Notes: a model not told the origin generated them from the letters alone. DNA of 20,000 bases from Chiloscyllium plagiosum (GCF_004010195.1 NC_057720.1:15068617-15088616); one strand, 5' to 3'; counted from the first letter of the stretch, positions 1 to 10,030 are shown. Numbers and translations are program-made.

Positions 1-893
1 AACTCTAGGTTCATTAATTACCAAAAACTTTTATTAACCAACTGGACAGGTAAGTAGAGCCTCTACTTGACATCTGATCTCAGTAACAGCACTGTGAATG
101 AACTGCTCCCAGCGTACGATGTTTAACACCGAAGGTCGATTTGAACTTTCAACTGTGTGACTGAGGTCTAGGGTACACGAACATTTCCAGTCCATACTGT
201 TGCTCGACTTAGGTGCTCTCAATGCTGTGGGTTTATTTTTGGCCGAAAGTAGTACAATCTGCTTGCTCTGAGGTTATTCCTTTTTAACTCCCTCTTTTAA
301 TTGTTACTCTTTGTTTTAACTGCTGAATTCTAAATTCAAGACTTTGCTGCACTAGTGCCTGCTGTGTCCTTTTAAGTTATGAATGCAGCTAAAATTGAAA
401 TTCAGATTTGTCCTACCTAAACCGCTGGGTCAAAATGACACAAAAGTCCAAAGTCCCAGGCTGGTTTACAAGTTAGCTTTGTGATGATTTTGACCTTAGA
501 TGGAACCAATGTTTGCTTCATTCTGAAAGAAGTCAGGTTTGGTTGACCACTGTAAATTATTAACTAATCTCAGGTTCTGACAAACAACTCAATTTATAAT
601 CATTGGGCTTGTTGTTGAGCTGATATTTAGTATTGGAATGTCACCCTGTTTTCAAAATACAATCTACTTTTTGAACGCTACAAACCTCACCCTAATTATC
701 CCATTCGTAATTATACTTTTGATTTGAGTTATTACTGTCATGTGTACCAAGGTACAGTGAAAAGTGTTGTTTTACATGTTTTACAGACATATCATACTAA
801 TATAAAGTGCATTAGGGTAACAGAACAGAGTGCAGGATACAGTATTACAGCCATAGAGAAGGTGCAGAGAGATCAACATTAATATTAAAGAGG

Positions 894-1019
894 GCAGAAG
901 TGGGTACTGCAGATGCTGGAGATTAGTGTCAAGATTGGAGTGGTGCTGGAAAAGCACAGCAGGTCAGGCAGCATCAGAGGAGCAGGAAAATCAAAGTTTC
1001 AGGCAAAGGCCTTCATCAT
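894..1019 (-). mobile_element. Short Penelope-like terminal repeat (pLTR) fragment with decayed hammerhead-like core
   Basis: The reverse complement reads TGATGAAGGCCTTTGCCTGAAAC...gatgctgcctgacctgctgtgcttttccagcaccac, homologous to 1101-1193 and 1711-1780. The Rex1 host resumes at GAGG (890-893 / 1020-1023). Confidence 0.7.
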
Positions 1020-1100
1020 GAGGTCCATTAAAAAGTGTAACAGTGGGGAAGAGGCTGTTCTTAAATCTGTCCGTGCATGTATATAAGCTTTTATATCTTC

Positions 1101-1192
1101 CTGATGAAGGGCTTTTACCTGAACCATCGATTTTCCTGCTCTTTGGATGCTGACTGTCCTGCTGTGCTTTTCCAGCACCACTCTAATTTTGA
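1101..1192 (+). mobile_element. Short Penelope-like pLTR fragment with decayed hammerhead-like core, flanked by a 13-bp TSD
   Basis: It starts CTGATGAAGGGCTTTTACCTGAACC and is flanked by the exact direct repeat CTTTTATATCTTC at 1088-1100 and 1193-1205. Confidence 0.8.
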
Positions 1193-1278
1193 CTTTTATA
1201 TCTTCTGCCCTTGGAAGAGGTTGGAAGAGAGTCTAACTGGGATGTGAGGCATTTTTGATTATGTTGGTTGTTTCCCAA

Positions 1279-1780
1279 TGTAGAGGAGACCGCATTGGGA
1301 GCCCTGAAGGACTCTGCGAGTAGGCGTCCAGTCTCCCCAGTGCACTTCCACACACGTCATTTATTGTATCCGTTGCTCCTGATGTGGTCTCTTCTACACT
1401 GGGGAGACTGGACGCCTACTCGCAGAGCATTTCAGAAAACATCTCCGGGACACCTGCACCAATCAACCCCACCACCCCGTGGCCGAACATCTCAATTCAC
1501 CCTCCCGCTCTGCCGAGGAATGCAGATCCTAGGCTGCCTCCATCGCCACTCCCTCACCACCCAACGCCTGGAAGAATCTCCGCTCCACCCTCCTCTCTGA
1601 CCTATCATCTTTACCCCCACCTTCATCCACTTATTGCACTCTCAGCTACCTTCCCCAGCCCCAACCCCTCTCCCATTTATCTCTCAATCCCCGAGGCTCC
1701 CAGCCTCATTCCTGACGAAGGGCTTTTGCTGGTCCTCAGATGCTGCCTGACCTGCTGTGCTTTTCCAGCACCACTGTAAT
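1279..1780 (+). mobile_element. Penelope-like element 3' fragment: GIY-YIG endonuclease remnant, pyrimidine-rich 3' UTR and pLTR, with inverted 5' pieces
   Basis: From 1356 it translates VIYCIRCS*CGLFYTGETGRLLAEHFRKHLRD...HPVAEHLNSP (PLE GIY-YIG with CxxC). CTGACGAAGGGCTTTTGC lies at 1712-1729, followed by the shared pLTR tail. Confidence 0.85.
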
Positions 1781-2792
1781 CAGGACAGATTGTTGGTGAT
1801 CATCACTCCCAGGAACCGGACGCTCTCGACCATCTCCACCTCAGCACTGTTGATGCAGACAGGGGCTTGCCCTCCTCTCTGCTTCCTGAAGTCAATGACC
1901 AGCTCCTTTGTATCGTGGTGTTTTTGGAGAGATTATTGTCTTTACACCATTCCATTAAGCTCTCAATCTCTTTCCTATATTTTGTCTCATCATTGTTTGA
2001 GATCTGACCTACAATGGCGGTAAGGTCGAGGAATTTAAGGACTTACTGAAAGCTGTTAAACCCAGAGACCTGCCTTTTTAACTTTCTTCACAAAGAATTG
2101 TTAGTATATCCCCAATGCCACCTTTTTTCAGAAAGACTTCTCGTTCAACTTGTTGGCACTTTATTTCAATTATCTTTTTGTAGGAAACTATGTTGTAAAT
2201 TTATCTCCCAGTTAAAAGGTTCAGTCTGGCTTCCCTCAGTACACCTTGTTCTATAAAGTTCAGATCATTGAATTGTTGGAGCCAGTAAATTACAGGAGGT
2301 CATTCTGTCCATCTACTCTATACTAGATGAAGGTATTAGAACTGTTTTCTAGTACAACAATTTGACGAGATTAACCCCTTGAAATCCTGCGAAAGAGCTA
2401 CCTCTACATTCATTTGCTCCTGTAAAGTTACAGCAAAAAGGAAATCTGTTCAGCCCATTACAACCAGGTTACAAACATTCAAAAGGTAATTTGATAATCA
2501 GAAAGAACACCAACAGCACTGAGGAAAGTAAATCTTTTAACTAAGATTGACAGGTAACAGTTCCTGCTGTTATTCCATGCCAGCTATAGTCTAACTAACC
2601 AGCATATTCTTATGCTGGATAATTTTTTCCCTCGAAAATTGATTTTCTTGCATTTCAGTCCTAATGAATGCAAGACAAAATTTCAACTCCATGTTTCTTT
2701 TTAAGCAATATTATAAGGGGGTGAAATAACTGGATAGTTGTTTCAAAGATAGCACAGGCCTTAAGGGCTGAATGGTCACCTTCTGTGCTAGG

Positions 2793-3028
2793 TGTAGTGC
2801 TTAGAACAAATTCAGCCAAGTGGACCTCACAGAATATGAGGTCCCTGATTGAAACGGGTTAACAGCCCCAGTCAGGGAGTCCTGGCTGATAGATATAAAC
2901 AGGAGTGTCAGGGGTTCTATTCACTCTAGAAGCCAGCTCTGTGCTAGCTGGGTCAGTGTCATGTACTTTGCACAAGTAAATAAAGGGCTACTTGGAGATG
3001 GGATACCAGCCTCAATGGAGTTATTTCA
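2793..3028 (+). mobile_element. Solo LTR (236 bp) of an LTR retrotransposon
   Basis: TG...CA termini (tgtagt...atttca), TATAAA at 2894-2899, AATAAA at 2979-2984, and a flanking 5-bp repeat CTAGG/CTAGA (2788-2792 / 3029-3033). Confidence 0.7.
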
Positions 3029-3987
3029 CTAGAAGTCTAAGATTGCAGGATTTACTTACAGCCCATCCTTCTTCCCCTCCTTCCCCCACCCCTCAACCCC
3101 AAAATTCTCTCATCTCACTGCTTTTAATTTTGCCTCAAATTTTACCTCCACATCCTTTTCATCGGTCTTGCCCTTTGCTTTCCATCCTGACTTCATTCCC
3201 TCTCTTACCCTCATACTCTGACCCAACTACCTGCAACCCTTAATCATGCTGAGCCTTTCGATGGATCCTGTCAGTCATTCCAAACTCTCACCTTAACTGC
3301 CCATTCATTATCACCAACCTCATTGAAATGGGGGCCAATAATTGTCAGCCTGTTTTGAACTTTGACCACTTTCACTAAAATGGTAGCCCCACCCTGCTCT
3401 GCAGCCAAACTGAGCTGATTTGGTTCTCACCACCTGCACACACCTGGACACCAACAGGGAACATTCCATTCGGTTATTCTGTCAAGGATATGGCATGATT
3501 CCCCTCTTCACCTTTTGCTTTTGGAAAGGAAGAGGAAGGGATCCAACATGCTGGCCCGCAGTTCTATTTTGAGCACCCTCCTAGCTATATATTCAACAGG
3601 CCTTAAACCCACCTCCCCGTCAAAGATTGAAGCCAAAGGAATAATGGGACTGAAGTACAGACAACATTCAATTCTCATTTTAAATACATCAATTCTTTCA
3701 GTACTACTTTTGCATATATTAAATCTCTGTAATTAGTGAATCCTACAACAATTTGAAAATTGGAATCAGTGGGAGCATCAGAATCCTTCTGAAGAGGAGA
3801 GAATACAAAGCTCCACTGGTGGGAGACTATAGGTGTGACATGTTTCAGTGTTAGTGTAAATGTTAATGTCAGCATTTATAAATGTATTTTAAAAATGACT
3901 GGAAATAAGACTTTGTTGACTGGTATTAATATAATTGTTTGAATATATTGTAGGCCCATATTGATGCAAGTATATTGCCCAAAATAT

Positions 3988-4212
3988 ATGATTTGAAGAT
4001 GCGGGTATAGACTGGGGTGTACAAAGTTAAAAATCGCACAACACCAGGTTATAGTCCAACAGGTTTAATTGGAAGCACACCATCTTTCGGAGCGACGCTC
4101 CTTCATCAGGTGGTTGTGACTATCACCTGATGAAGGAGCGGTGCTCCGAAAGCTAGTGCTTCCAATTAAACCTGTTGGACTATAACCTGGTGTTGTGCGA
4201 TTTTTAACTTTG
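3988..4212. mobile_element. Palindromic Penelope-like pLTR insertion (two inverted pLTR copies) with a 13-bp TSD
   Basis: Perfect 57-bp inverted repeat 4022-4078 / 4156-4212; inner 29-bp inverted repeat 4084-4112 / 4124-4152 with 2 mismatches; direct repeat TTGCCCAAAATAT at 3975-3987 and 4210-4222. Confidence 0.8.
4124..4158 (+). ncRNA. Minimal type I hammerhead ribozyme-like motif
   Basis: CAC-CTGATGA-A-GGAGC-GGT-GCTCC-GAAA-GCTA-GTG: conserved core, 5-bp stem II, palindromic AGCT minimal stem III, and CAC/GTG stem I. Activity cannot be judged from sequence alone. Confidence 0.65.
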
Positions 4213-4774
4213 CCCAAAATATTAATAGGTGTGACTAAATGTGGATTATTGATTATTTGGAACCCTGAATTTTTAGGCAAACCTTTTAGATTTCCTGCAC
4301 AGACATGTTTTTTGTCTGATGGTTTTGCAGATATGGAAATTTATTTTAGGAAGGTATTCATATTTCATTTGATATGGTGTCATTGAAAAGATTACATTTG
4401 TTTCCCATGCTGGTTGCCCTCAGTGGCAGTGAGCTACCTTTTCAAACTATTGCAGACCACTTAGTGTAGCTACACCCACAATGTCAGGGAAGACATTCCA
4501 GAATTTTGACCCACTGACATGGAAGGAACAGATCTCTCCAAGTGAGCATGGTGTGGCTTTGAGAGGAACTTATAGGTGGTGGTGTTACCATGTATCTGCT
4601 ACCCTTGTCCTCCTAGATGGAAAAGGTCGTACGTTTGTAAGGAAATGTCCATGGACCCTTGAATAATGTCTGGCTCTGGCATAGGGATATAAATGTGGAT
4701 AGATCAAGCAGACTACTTTGTCCTGGATGGTGCCAAGCTTCCTGAGTGTTGGAGCAGCATTTACCCATACAAGA

Positions 4775-5137
4775 GGGAGGTGATGGTTTGGTGGTGTTAT
4801 CACTGGACTGTTAATCCGGAAGCCCAGAGAATATTCTGGAGAACAGGATTCAAATCCCGCCATAGCAGATGGTGGAATTTGAATTCAATAAAAAATCTGA
4901 AATTTTCAGTTTCATGATGACCATTAATCCATTGCTGATTGTCAGGAAAAAAAACCCATCTGGTTCACTAATGTCCTTTAGGGAAGAAAACTGCCATCTT
5001 TACGTGGTCTGGCCTACGCGTGACTCCAGACCCACAGCAATATGATTGACTTTTAATGCCATCTGGGCAATTAGGGATGGACAATAAATGCTGGCCCAGC
5101 CAGCAATGTCCTCATTCCATGAATGAATAAAAAAAAA
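4775..5137 (+). mobile_element. tRNA-derived SINE with LINE-like 3' tail and poly(A)
   Basis: A-box-like TGGTTTGGTGG and B-box-like GGATTCAAATCC; tail gggcaattagggatggacaataaatgctggccc...tgaatgaataaaaaaaaa; full-length homolog at 9675-10030. Confidence 0.85.
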
Positions 5138-5254
5138 TGTAGGGAGTATTCCATCATGCTCCTGACTTGTAGACTGTGGACAGGCTTTGGGACATGAGGA
5201 GGTAATTACTCACTGCAAGATTCCTAGTCTCTGACATCCTCTTCCAGCTACAGC

Positions 5255-5538
5255 CTACAGCCTGGAGGACTCAACACTGAGTTCCCCAATTTCAAATAAC
5301 CGCCCCTCCCTTCCATTCCTCTTATCGATCCTTCCTTCAAGCCACCAAGCGAATTCATTCCTCTCATCGACCAATCAGGTCATACCCACTACCCGTCTTC
5401 ACCTATCCCCACCTCACCACCCTGCCCATGCCACCTCCTTCATCTGCAGCTCTTCCCACATCCACCCCCCAGTCCTGAAGAAGAGTTACGCCCGAAATGT
5501 TGACTTCACCTCCTGATGCTGTCTTGTTTGCTTATTCT
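5255..5538 (+). mobile_element. Penelope-like element extreme 3' end with hammerhead-like pLTR
   Basis: It translates LQPGGLNTEFPNFK* (5255-5299, typical PLE GIY-YIG C-terminus), followed by a pyrimidine-rich UTR and AGTC-CTGAAGA-...-GAAATGTT-GACT at 5471-5505 with a complementary AGTC/GACT stem I. Confidence 0.7.
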
Positions 5539-6502
5539 TCCAGCCTCCTGCTTGTCTAGACCTTTTCTACTTGACTATAAACTAAACTGGACCAACATAA
5601 CCCTCAGAATCTTCATAGCATGGATTGATACTGAAAATTGTAATGGATCTTAATATTGTGCAACAACCAATAAATGGTTCTACTTCTATCTTTTTATAAT
5701 GGAGGAAAGATTGTTGAAATAGCTGAAGCTGGTTGAGTTTGGGTGATGGCCCTGAGAAACTCCTGAAGTGATGCACTGTGGCTGAAATGATTGTCCCCCA
5801 ACAGCCATAACCATCTTCCTTTTGCATTAGATGTTACTCCAACCAATGGAGAGTTTTCTACCTGATTGTCATTGACCTCGATTTTGCTGGGGCTTTGTGA
5901 TGCCATACTCTGTCCGTTTTGAGTTCAAATCTTTGAATGTTGGTCCAAGCTGATTGAGATCAAGAGCATGAGTGGTCCTCCTGACTGAAGATTGTTGGGA
6001 CTGCTTCAGCCTTATCTTTTGCACTGTATTGGCTGCCCCATCTTTGAGGATGGGGATACTTGTGGAGTCACATCCAGTGAGTTGTTTAATTGTCCATCAC
6101 CACTCATGATTGGTTGTGACAGGACTTCAGAGCTTGGATCCTATCCATTTGGTTTTTGGAATTGCTTATTTCTGCCTTCTGGCCAAACCCTAGCTCTATC
6201 TGACAGAGCCATAGATAGCTTTAAAACTTATGGCCCCTTTTGAAACTTTGGCAATGTATCAATTTTTTTGGTACCTCTATTTTTAGTTGGTTCTTTATCT
6301 GTCGGCAAATCAATGTAGGCTACCACCTCAAACAGTAAGAACTCATCATGTAGTAAATGTGGGGGAGGGGAGGGGGTAATGTTATTTCTTTTGTTGGCTT
6401 TCCTCCACTTCTGGCCAGATCAGATTTAAATTGAACCTAATACTTGAAGAAACTGTCTTTTAAAATTCTCATTTTGTAGAGATGGCTGAAGGATCCCAAA
6501 CT

Positions 6503-6637
6503 CAAAGTTTTTGAGAAGATTTGTAGCTCGGGTGCTCGTTGTTGTGGTTCTGTTCGCCGAGCTGGGAATTTGTGTTGCAGACGTTTCGTCCCCTGTCTAG
6601 GTGACATCCTCAGCGCTTGGGAGCCTCCTGTGAAGCA
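6503..6637 (-). mobile_element. Solo Penelope-like pLTR with a 10-bp TSD
   Basis: Homologous to the terminus of the PLE at 16866-17012 and flanked by ATCCCAAACT at 6493-6502 and 6638-6647. Confidence 0.8.
6577..6616 (-). ncRNA. Minimal hammerhead ribozyme-like motif, core intact
   Basis: The reverse complement reads GCG-CTGAGGA-T-GTCACCT-AGAC-AGGGGAC-GAAACGTC-TGC: CUGANGA/GAAA core, stem II, ACGU palindrome and GUC cleavage triplet. Confidence 0.65.
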
Positions 6638-7266
6638 ATCCCAAACTGCTAGAACACTGCATTCTCTCTACATGTTGGTGGGACTGGAGGGTTTAAGTTA
6701 CACGTTTGGGTCCAGTATGGGCCCCAGCAGCATCGTCAGTGGCTGCAGAGTTTGGCCCAGCCCGGTCCTCATGGTAGCGTCATTGTCAATAGAGGCATGA
6801 TGGCACCGAAGAATGGTGACTCTGTTTGAGAAGTGGCAGTGGCGGCAAAGGGACTGATACTAGCTGACTGCTTTGTGCTGGTGTTGGTCTCAGCATCAGG
6901 GTGGCAGAGCCCAGATCCAGGCCCGTGGCTAAGCACTTAACCAGAAGGACTGTAAAGTTGAACTTCTGACTTGGTTTGTGTTTTACATAAAAGTCCAGTC
7001 ATTGGAATCACAATTGTTCACTATTTCACAAATAGAGATGGGGGCTGACCATCAGAGTTTACAGTTGCACACTGAGGTTCGATGGTTATCGCTGGGCAAG
7101 GTTCTCTATCATGTTCATGAGCTCCAGTGAGAACTTACAAAGATTTCAACAATGCATCAACTGCCATATGAAGAGTTATTGTCAGATGATTGATGGAGGC
7201 TAAACTGGCCTGTCCCACAGATATTTCCATCCATCTCAGTGAGCTGAATACAAAAATGCTTACATG

Positions 7267-7985
7267 TTTGCAGACAAGACCGCTGTTGTAGGTCACAACT
7301 CAAACAATGACAAGACAGAGTACAGGAAAGAGATTGAATGCTTAATGGCATGACGTAAAGGCAACAATCTCTCCATCAACGTCAGTAAAAGAAAGGAGCT
7401 GGTCATTGTTTTCAGGAAGCCGAGTGAAAGGCTCCTGTCTGTATCAATGGAGCTGAGGTGGAGATGGTTGGGAGTGTCAGGTTCCTGGGAGTGATGATCA
7501 CCAACAATCTGTCCTGGTCCACCTATGCTATGGTCAAGAAAGCACAATGTCCCTACTTCCTCAAGAGGGTCAGGAAGAAACTGCAGAGAGCTGTGAACAC
7601 AGCTCAGTCCATCACACAAACCAGCCTTCCATCCATTGACTCCATCTACCCTATCTGTCACCTTGGGAAAGCAACCAACATAATCAAAGATCCCTCCCAC
7701 CCTGCTTAGACTCCCTCCCACCCTCTTCCATTGGGCAGAAGACATAGAAGTTTGAATAAATACACAAACAAACAGAATTACGAACAGTTTCTTCCCTGCA
7801 GTTACCAGACTTTGGAATGGACCTCTCAAATGTTAATGTTGGTCTCTCTCTCTCTCTCTCTGCATCTTCTCTACTGCTGTAACACTGTATTTTGCGCTGT
7901 GTTCTGCTACCATGGTGCACTTTGTATGATACAATCTGCCTGTATACCACACAAAATAACACTTTTCACTGTATCTTGATACATA
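7267..7985 (+). mobile_element. Rex1/Babar-type retrotransposon 3' part; the last tail bases are displaced to about 8366-8393 by nested CR1 pieces
   Basis: It translates FADKTAVVGHNSNNDKTEYRKEIECLMA*RKGNNLSINVSKRKELVIVFRK...EMVGSVRFLGVMITNNLSWS...KLQRAVNTAQSITQTSLPSIDSIY...IIKDPSHP. The tail resumes as acatgtgacagcaataaatcaatcaaat at 8366. Confidence 0.85.
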
Positions 7986-8150
7986 GAGACACAGAGTCAT
8001 ACAGCATGGAAACAGACCCTTCGGTCCAAGCAATACATGCCATCCATAATCCCAAACTAAACTAGTCCCTCCTGCCTGCATTTGGCCCATATCCCTCAAA
8101 CATTCCTTATTCTTGTAGTTATCCAAGTGTCTTTTAGACGTTGTAATTGT
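7986..8150 (-). mobile_element. CR1 LINE 3' tail fragment
   Basis: agagtcatacagcatggaaacagacccttcggtcc...ggcccatatccctc, homologous to the CR1 tails at 12241-12410 and 16789-16865 / 17822-17900. Confidence 0.8.
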
Positions 8151-8365
8151 GTGATTTCCCTTTCATAAAAATGTGTTAACTTTGTTTAATCCCATTAATA
8201 CTTTCTAAGTGTGCCGTTATTCCATCTTTTATGGGAATCTCTAACTTTTTCCCCAACTGCTGATGTTAGGCTAATTGATTTGTAATTCCTGGTTTTTCTT
8301 CCACCTCTCCTTTTTTCAACAGTTGGGTTATATTTATCAGCCTCCCAACTGCCAAGACTGTCCAG
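8151..8365 (-). mobile_element. Old CR1 RT N-terminal fragment
   Basis: The minus strand reads, with frameshifts, NITQLLKKG...RNYKSISLTSAVG...KQS*HIFMKGKS, resembling the CR1 motif NVTPLFKKG..NYRPVSLTSVVGK..QSQHGFMKGKS. Confidence 0.65.
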
Positions 8366-8391
8366 ACATGTGACAGCAATAAATCAATCAA

Positions 8392-8983
8392 ATGCAGGGT
8401 GAGATCTTGACTGTCACAGAAACTTTGAGGTTTCAGGTCAAAACTGGGCCTTTGGCAAGAGACAGTGACAGGGATTCACTTGAGATGTTCCCACGAGCAC
8501 CATCAGCGGCAGACACAGCTGTCAAAATGCACAGCCTCACATCCAGAAACCTTAAAGAACTATAAGAAAAGTTTGAATTCTACTTTCTGTCAACAAATGT
8601 GGAAGGTCATGACCAGATACATGATCTGCTTAGTCATCTGATTCATCACAAAATCTGATGTTTAAAAGAAAAAGAGGAATATGCAGAGCTATGGATGGAT
8701 CACATAATCAAGTTGAAATTTGAAGAGGTGTCTTTGTACAGGTTTTGGCTGACTGTGGTACATGAATATGAGACAACCTCTGACTGTGCTATTGCTGTAC
8801 ACTTTCAGTTTGCAACAACATTCCTGTGTGAGCTAGTATTTCGAACACAGGCATACATGAACAACAACAGAGGGGAGCTCTTCACCGAGGAGTGAGGTTT
8901 GGCCCTCTCTCCAATTCCTCCTCGGATCAAAAGGTATTTGGTTTCTTTCCTGTGCACACCAGAAGGCCCAAGCTTCTCACTAA
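8392..8983 (+). pseudogene. Decayed hAT transposase C-terminus (Buster/Charlie group, ZBED5/SCAND3/FAM200-like dimerisation domain)
   Basis: KLGLWQ...DSLEMFP near 8440-8492; LKFEEVSLYRFWLTVVHEYETTSDCAIAVHFQFATTFLCELVF; LALSPIPPRIK; ends QKAQASH* at 8983. Stops and frameshifts are present, and no TIRs were found. Confidence 0.75.
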
Positions 8984-9674
8984 CCTGATTAAACTGTAAT
9001 TTAATCTACTCTGATCCATTGTTCATGAATAGTTAGAAATAACTGAGTTGAGCAGTTTGAGAATACAGGTCTGTGTTCATAGTTGAAGATGGTGTACCTT
9101 TGGCGGTCAATTTAAAACATTCATGCTTTTGATTCCTCTTTAACTTGTTTGTGCGCACTATGTTGCAAACCACTCTAAGGCTATAACCATAGGAAATGTG
9201 ACATTTATGAGCAATTCATTCAGCTGAGAGACTGGGTGTGCTGTGGAATTGTTTCTCACTGGAGTGTGCCTGGACAGGGAAAAGGTTGGGGAGCACCACT
9301 CCTGCCTTGGCCATTCTTTCAATTGGGGGTCACTCAACTAAATCTGCACCCATCGCTGTATTATGGGCTCTACCCAAGAACTAGGCAGCACACCAATATT
9401 TCTTCAAGGTTCTTGAGAGTATAGCTGTGATAAAACTCAAGACTGACTGGAGTTCGATCATCACTGAGATTGCAAGCTGTCACTTTGGTACTTTCCTGTG
9501 CCCTCCAGGTTTGTCACCAGCAGTCGTATCAGGGAATTTTAACTTGTACTTACTTGAGGCATAGTCTGTAGGCAGTAGGTGCCTTTCCAGTCAACATCCA
9601 TGATCCTGTGACAAAACTGGAATGTTTGTTATGACCGTATGCCTTTTGGTAACATTTTGTTAGCATTACATAAT

Positions 9675-10030
9675 GGGGAGGTGATAGCCTATAGTGGTGT
9701 CATCACTAGACTATTAATCTAGCAACACAGGTAATGCTCTGGGGTCCTGAGTTCAAATCCCATCATAGCAGATAATGGAATTTGAGTTCAATTTTTTAAA
9801 AAAATGTGGAATAAGAATCTAATGCTGACCATGAATCCATTGTCGATTGTCAGAAAAACCCACCTGGTTCACTGATGTCTTTAAGGTAATGAAACCGCCA
9901 TTCTTACCCAATCTGGCTCCAATGTGACTCCAATGTGGTTGACTCTTAACAGCTCTCTGGGCAATTAGGGATGGGCAATAACTGCTGGCCTACCCAGTGA
10001 TGCCCACATCCCATGAATGAATAAAAAAAA
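9675..10030 (+). mobile_element. tRNA-derived SINE, second copy of the 4775-5137 family
   Basis: ggggaggtgatagcc head, GAGTTCAAATCC B box, the same central cccacctggttcactgatgtc segment and the same gggcaattagggatgggcaata...tgaatgaataaaaaaaa tail. Confidence 0.85.

Larger units (their letters stand above)
718..2020 (-). mobile_element. Rex1/Babar-type non-LTR retrotransposon 3' part (RT C-terminus plus 3' UTR), interrupted by three Penelope-like insertions
   Basis: The reverse complement of 1781-2020, 1206-1278, 1020-1100 and 718-893 is collinear with the + strand copy at 7267-7985 (e.g. caccaacaatctgtcctg, aatggacctc, cttttcactgtac) and ends in a CAAATCAAA-type tail. Confidence 0.8.
4395..6180 (-). 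mobile_element. Decayed CR1/L2-group LINE (RT domain to 3' end) in pieces about 4395-4774, 5141-5254 and 5690-6180
   Basis: Minus-strand peptide LVWVNAAPTLRKLGTIQDKVVCLI and the RPFPSRRTRVADTW segment. The 5694-5906 segment is homologous to the RT fragment at 13236-13565. It is interrupted by a SINE and a PLE. Confidence 0.65.

Noticed and set aside
1..717. AT-rich stretch with minus-strand AATAAA near 30, possibly an LTR; ORF 34-222
   Set aside because: No clear TG...CA terminus, TSD or recognisable protein motif.
1268..1779. Pro/Ser-rich ORFs 1268-1600 and 1384-1779
   Set aside because: Off-frame readings of a PLE GIY-YIG remnant and its pyrimidine-rich UTR.
2646..2690. TCTTGCATT/AATGCAAGA hairpin with CTAATGA, perhaps a decayed hammerhead
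   Set aside because: Core bases are mutated and there is no PLE context, so it is too weak to call.
3675..3815. Good minus-strand splice-acceptor-like tract (tattctctcctcttcag) followed by a short open frame KDSDAPTDSNFQIVVGF
   Set aside because: No recognisable homology and no clear donor site; such tracts occur by chance.
4022..4212. Interpretation as a DNA-transposon MITE or CRISPR-like repeat
   Set aside because: The arms do not reach both TSDs symmetrically, they carry PLE-type hammerhead cores, and there is no repeat-spacer periodicity.
6670..7010. GC-richer segment that may be a repeat
   Set aside because: No second copy, termini or coding motif that I can support.
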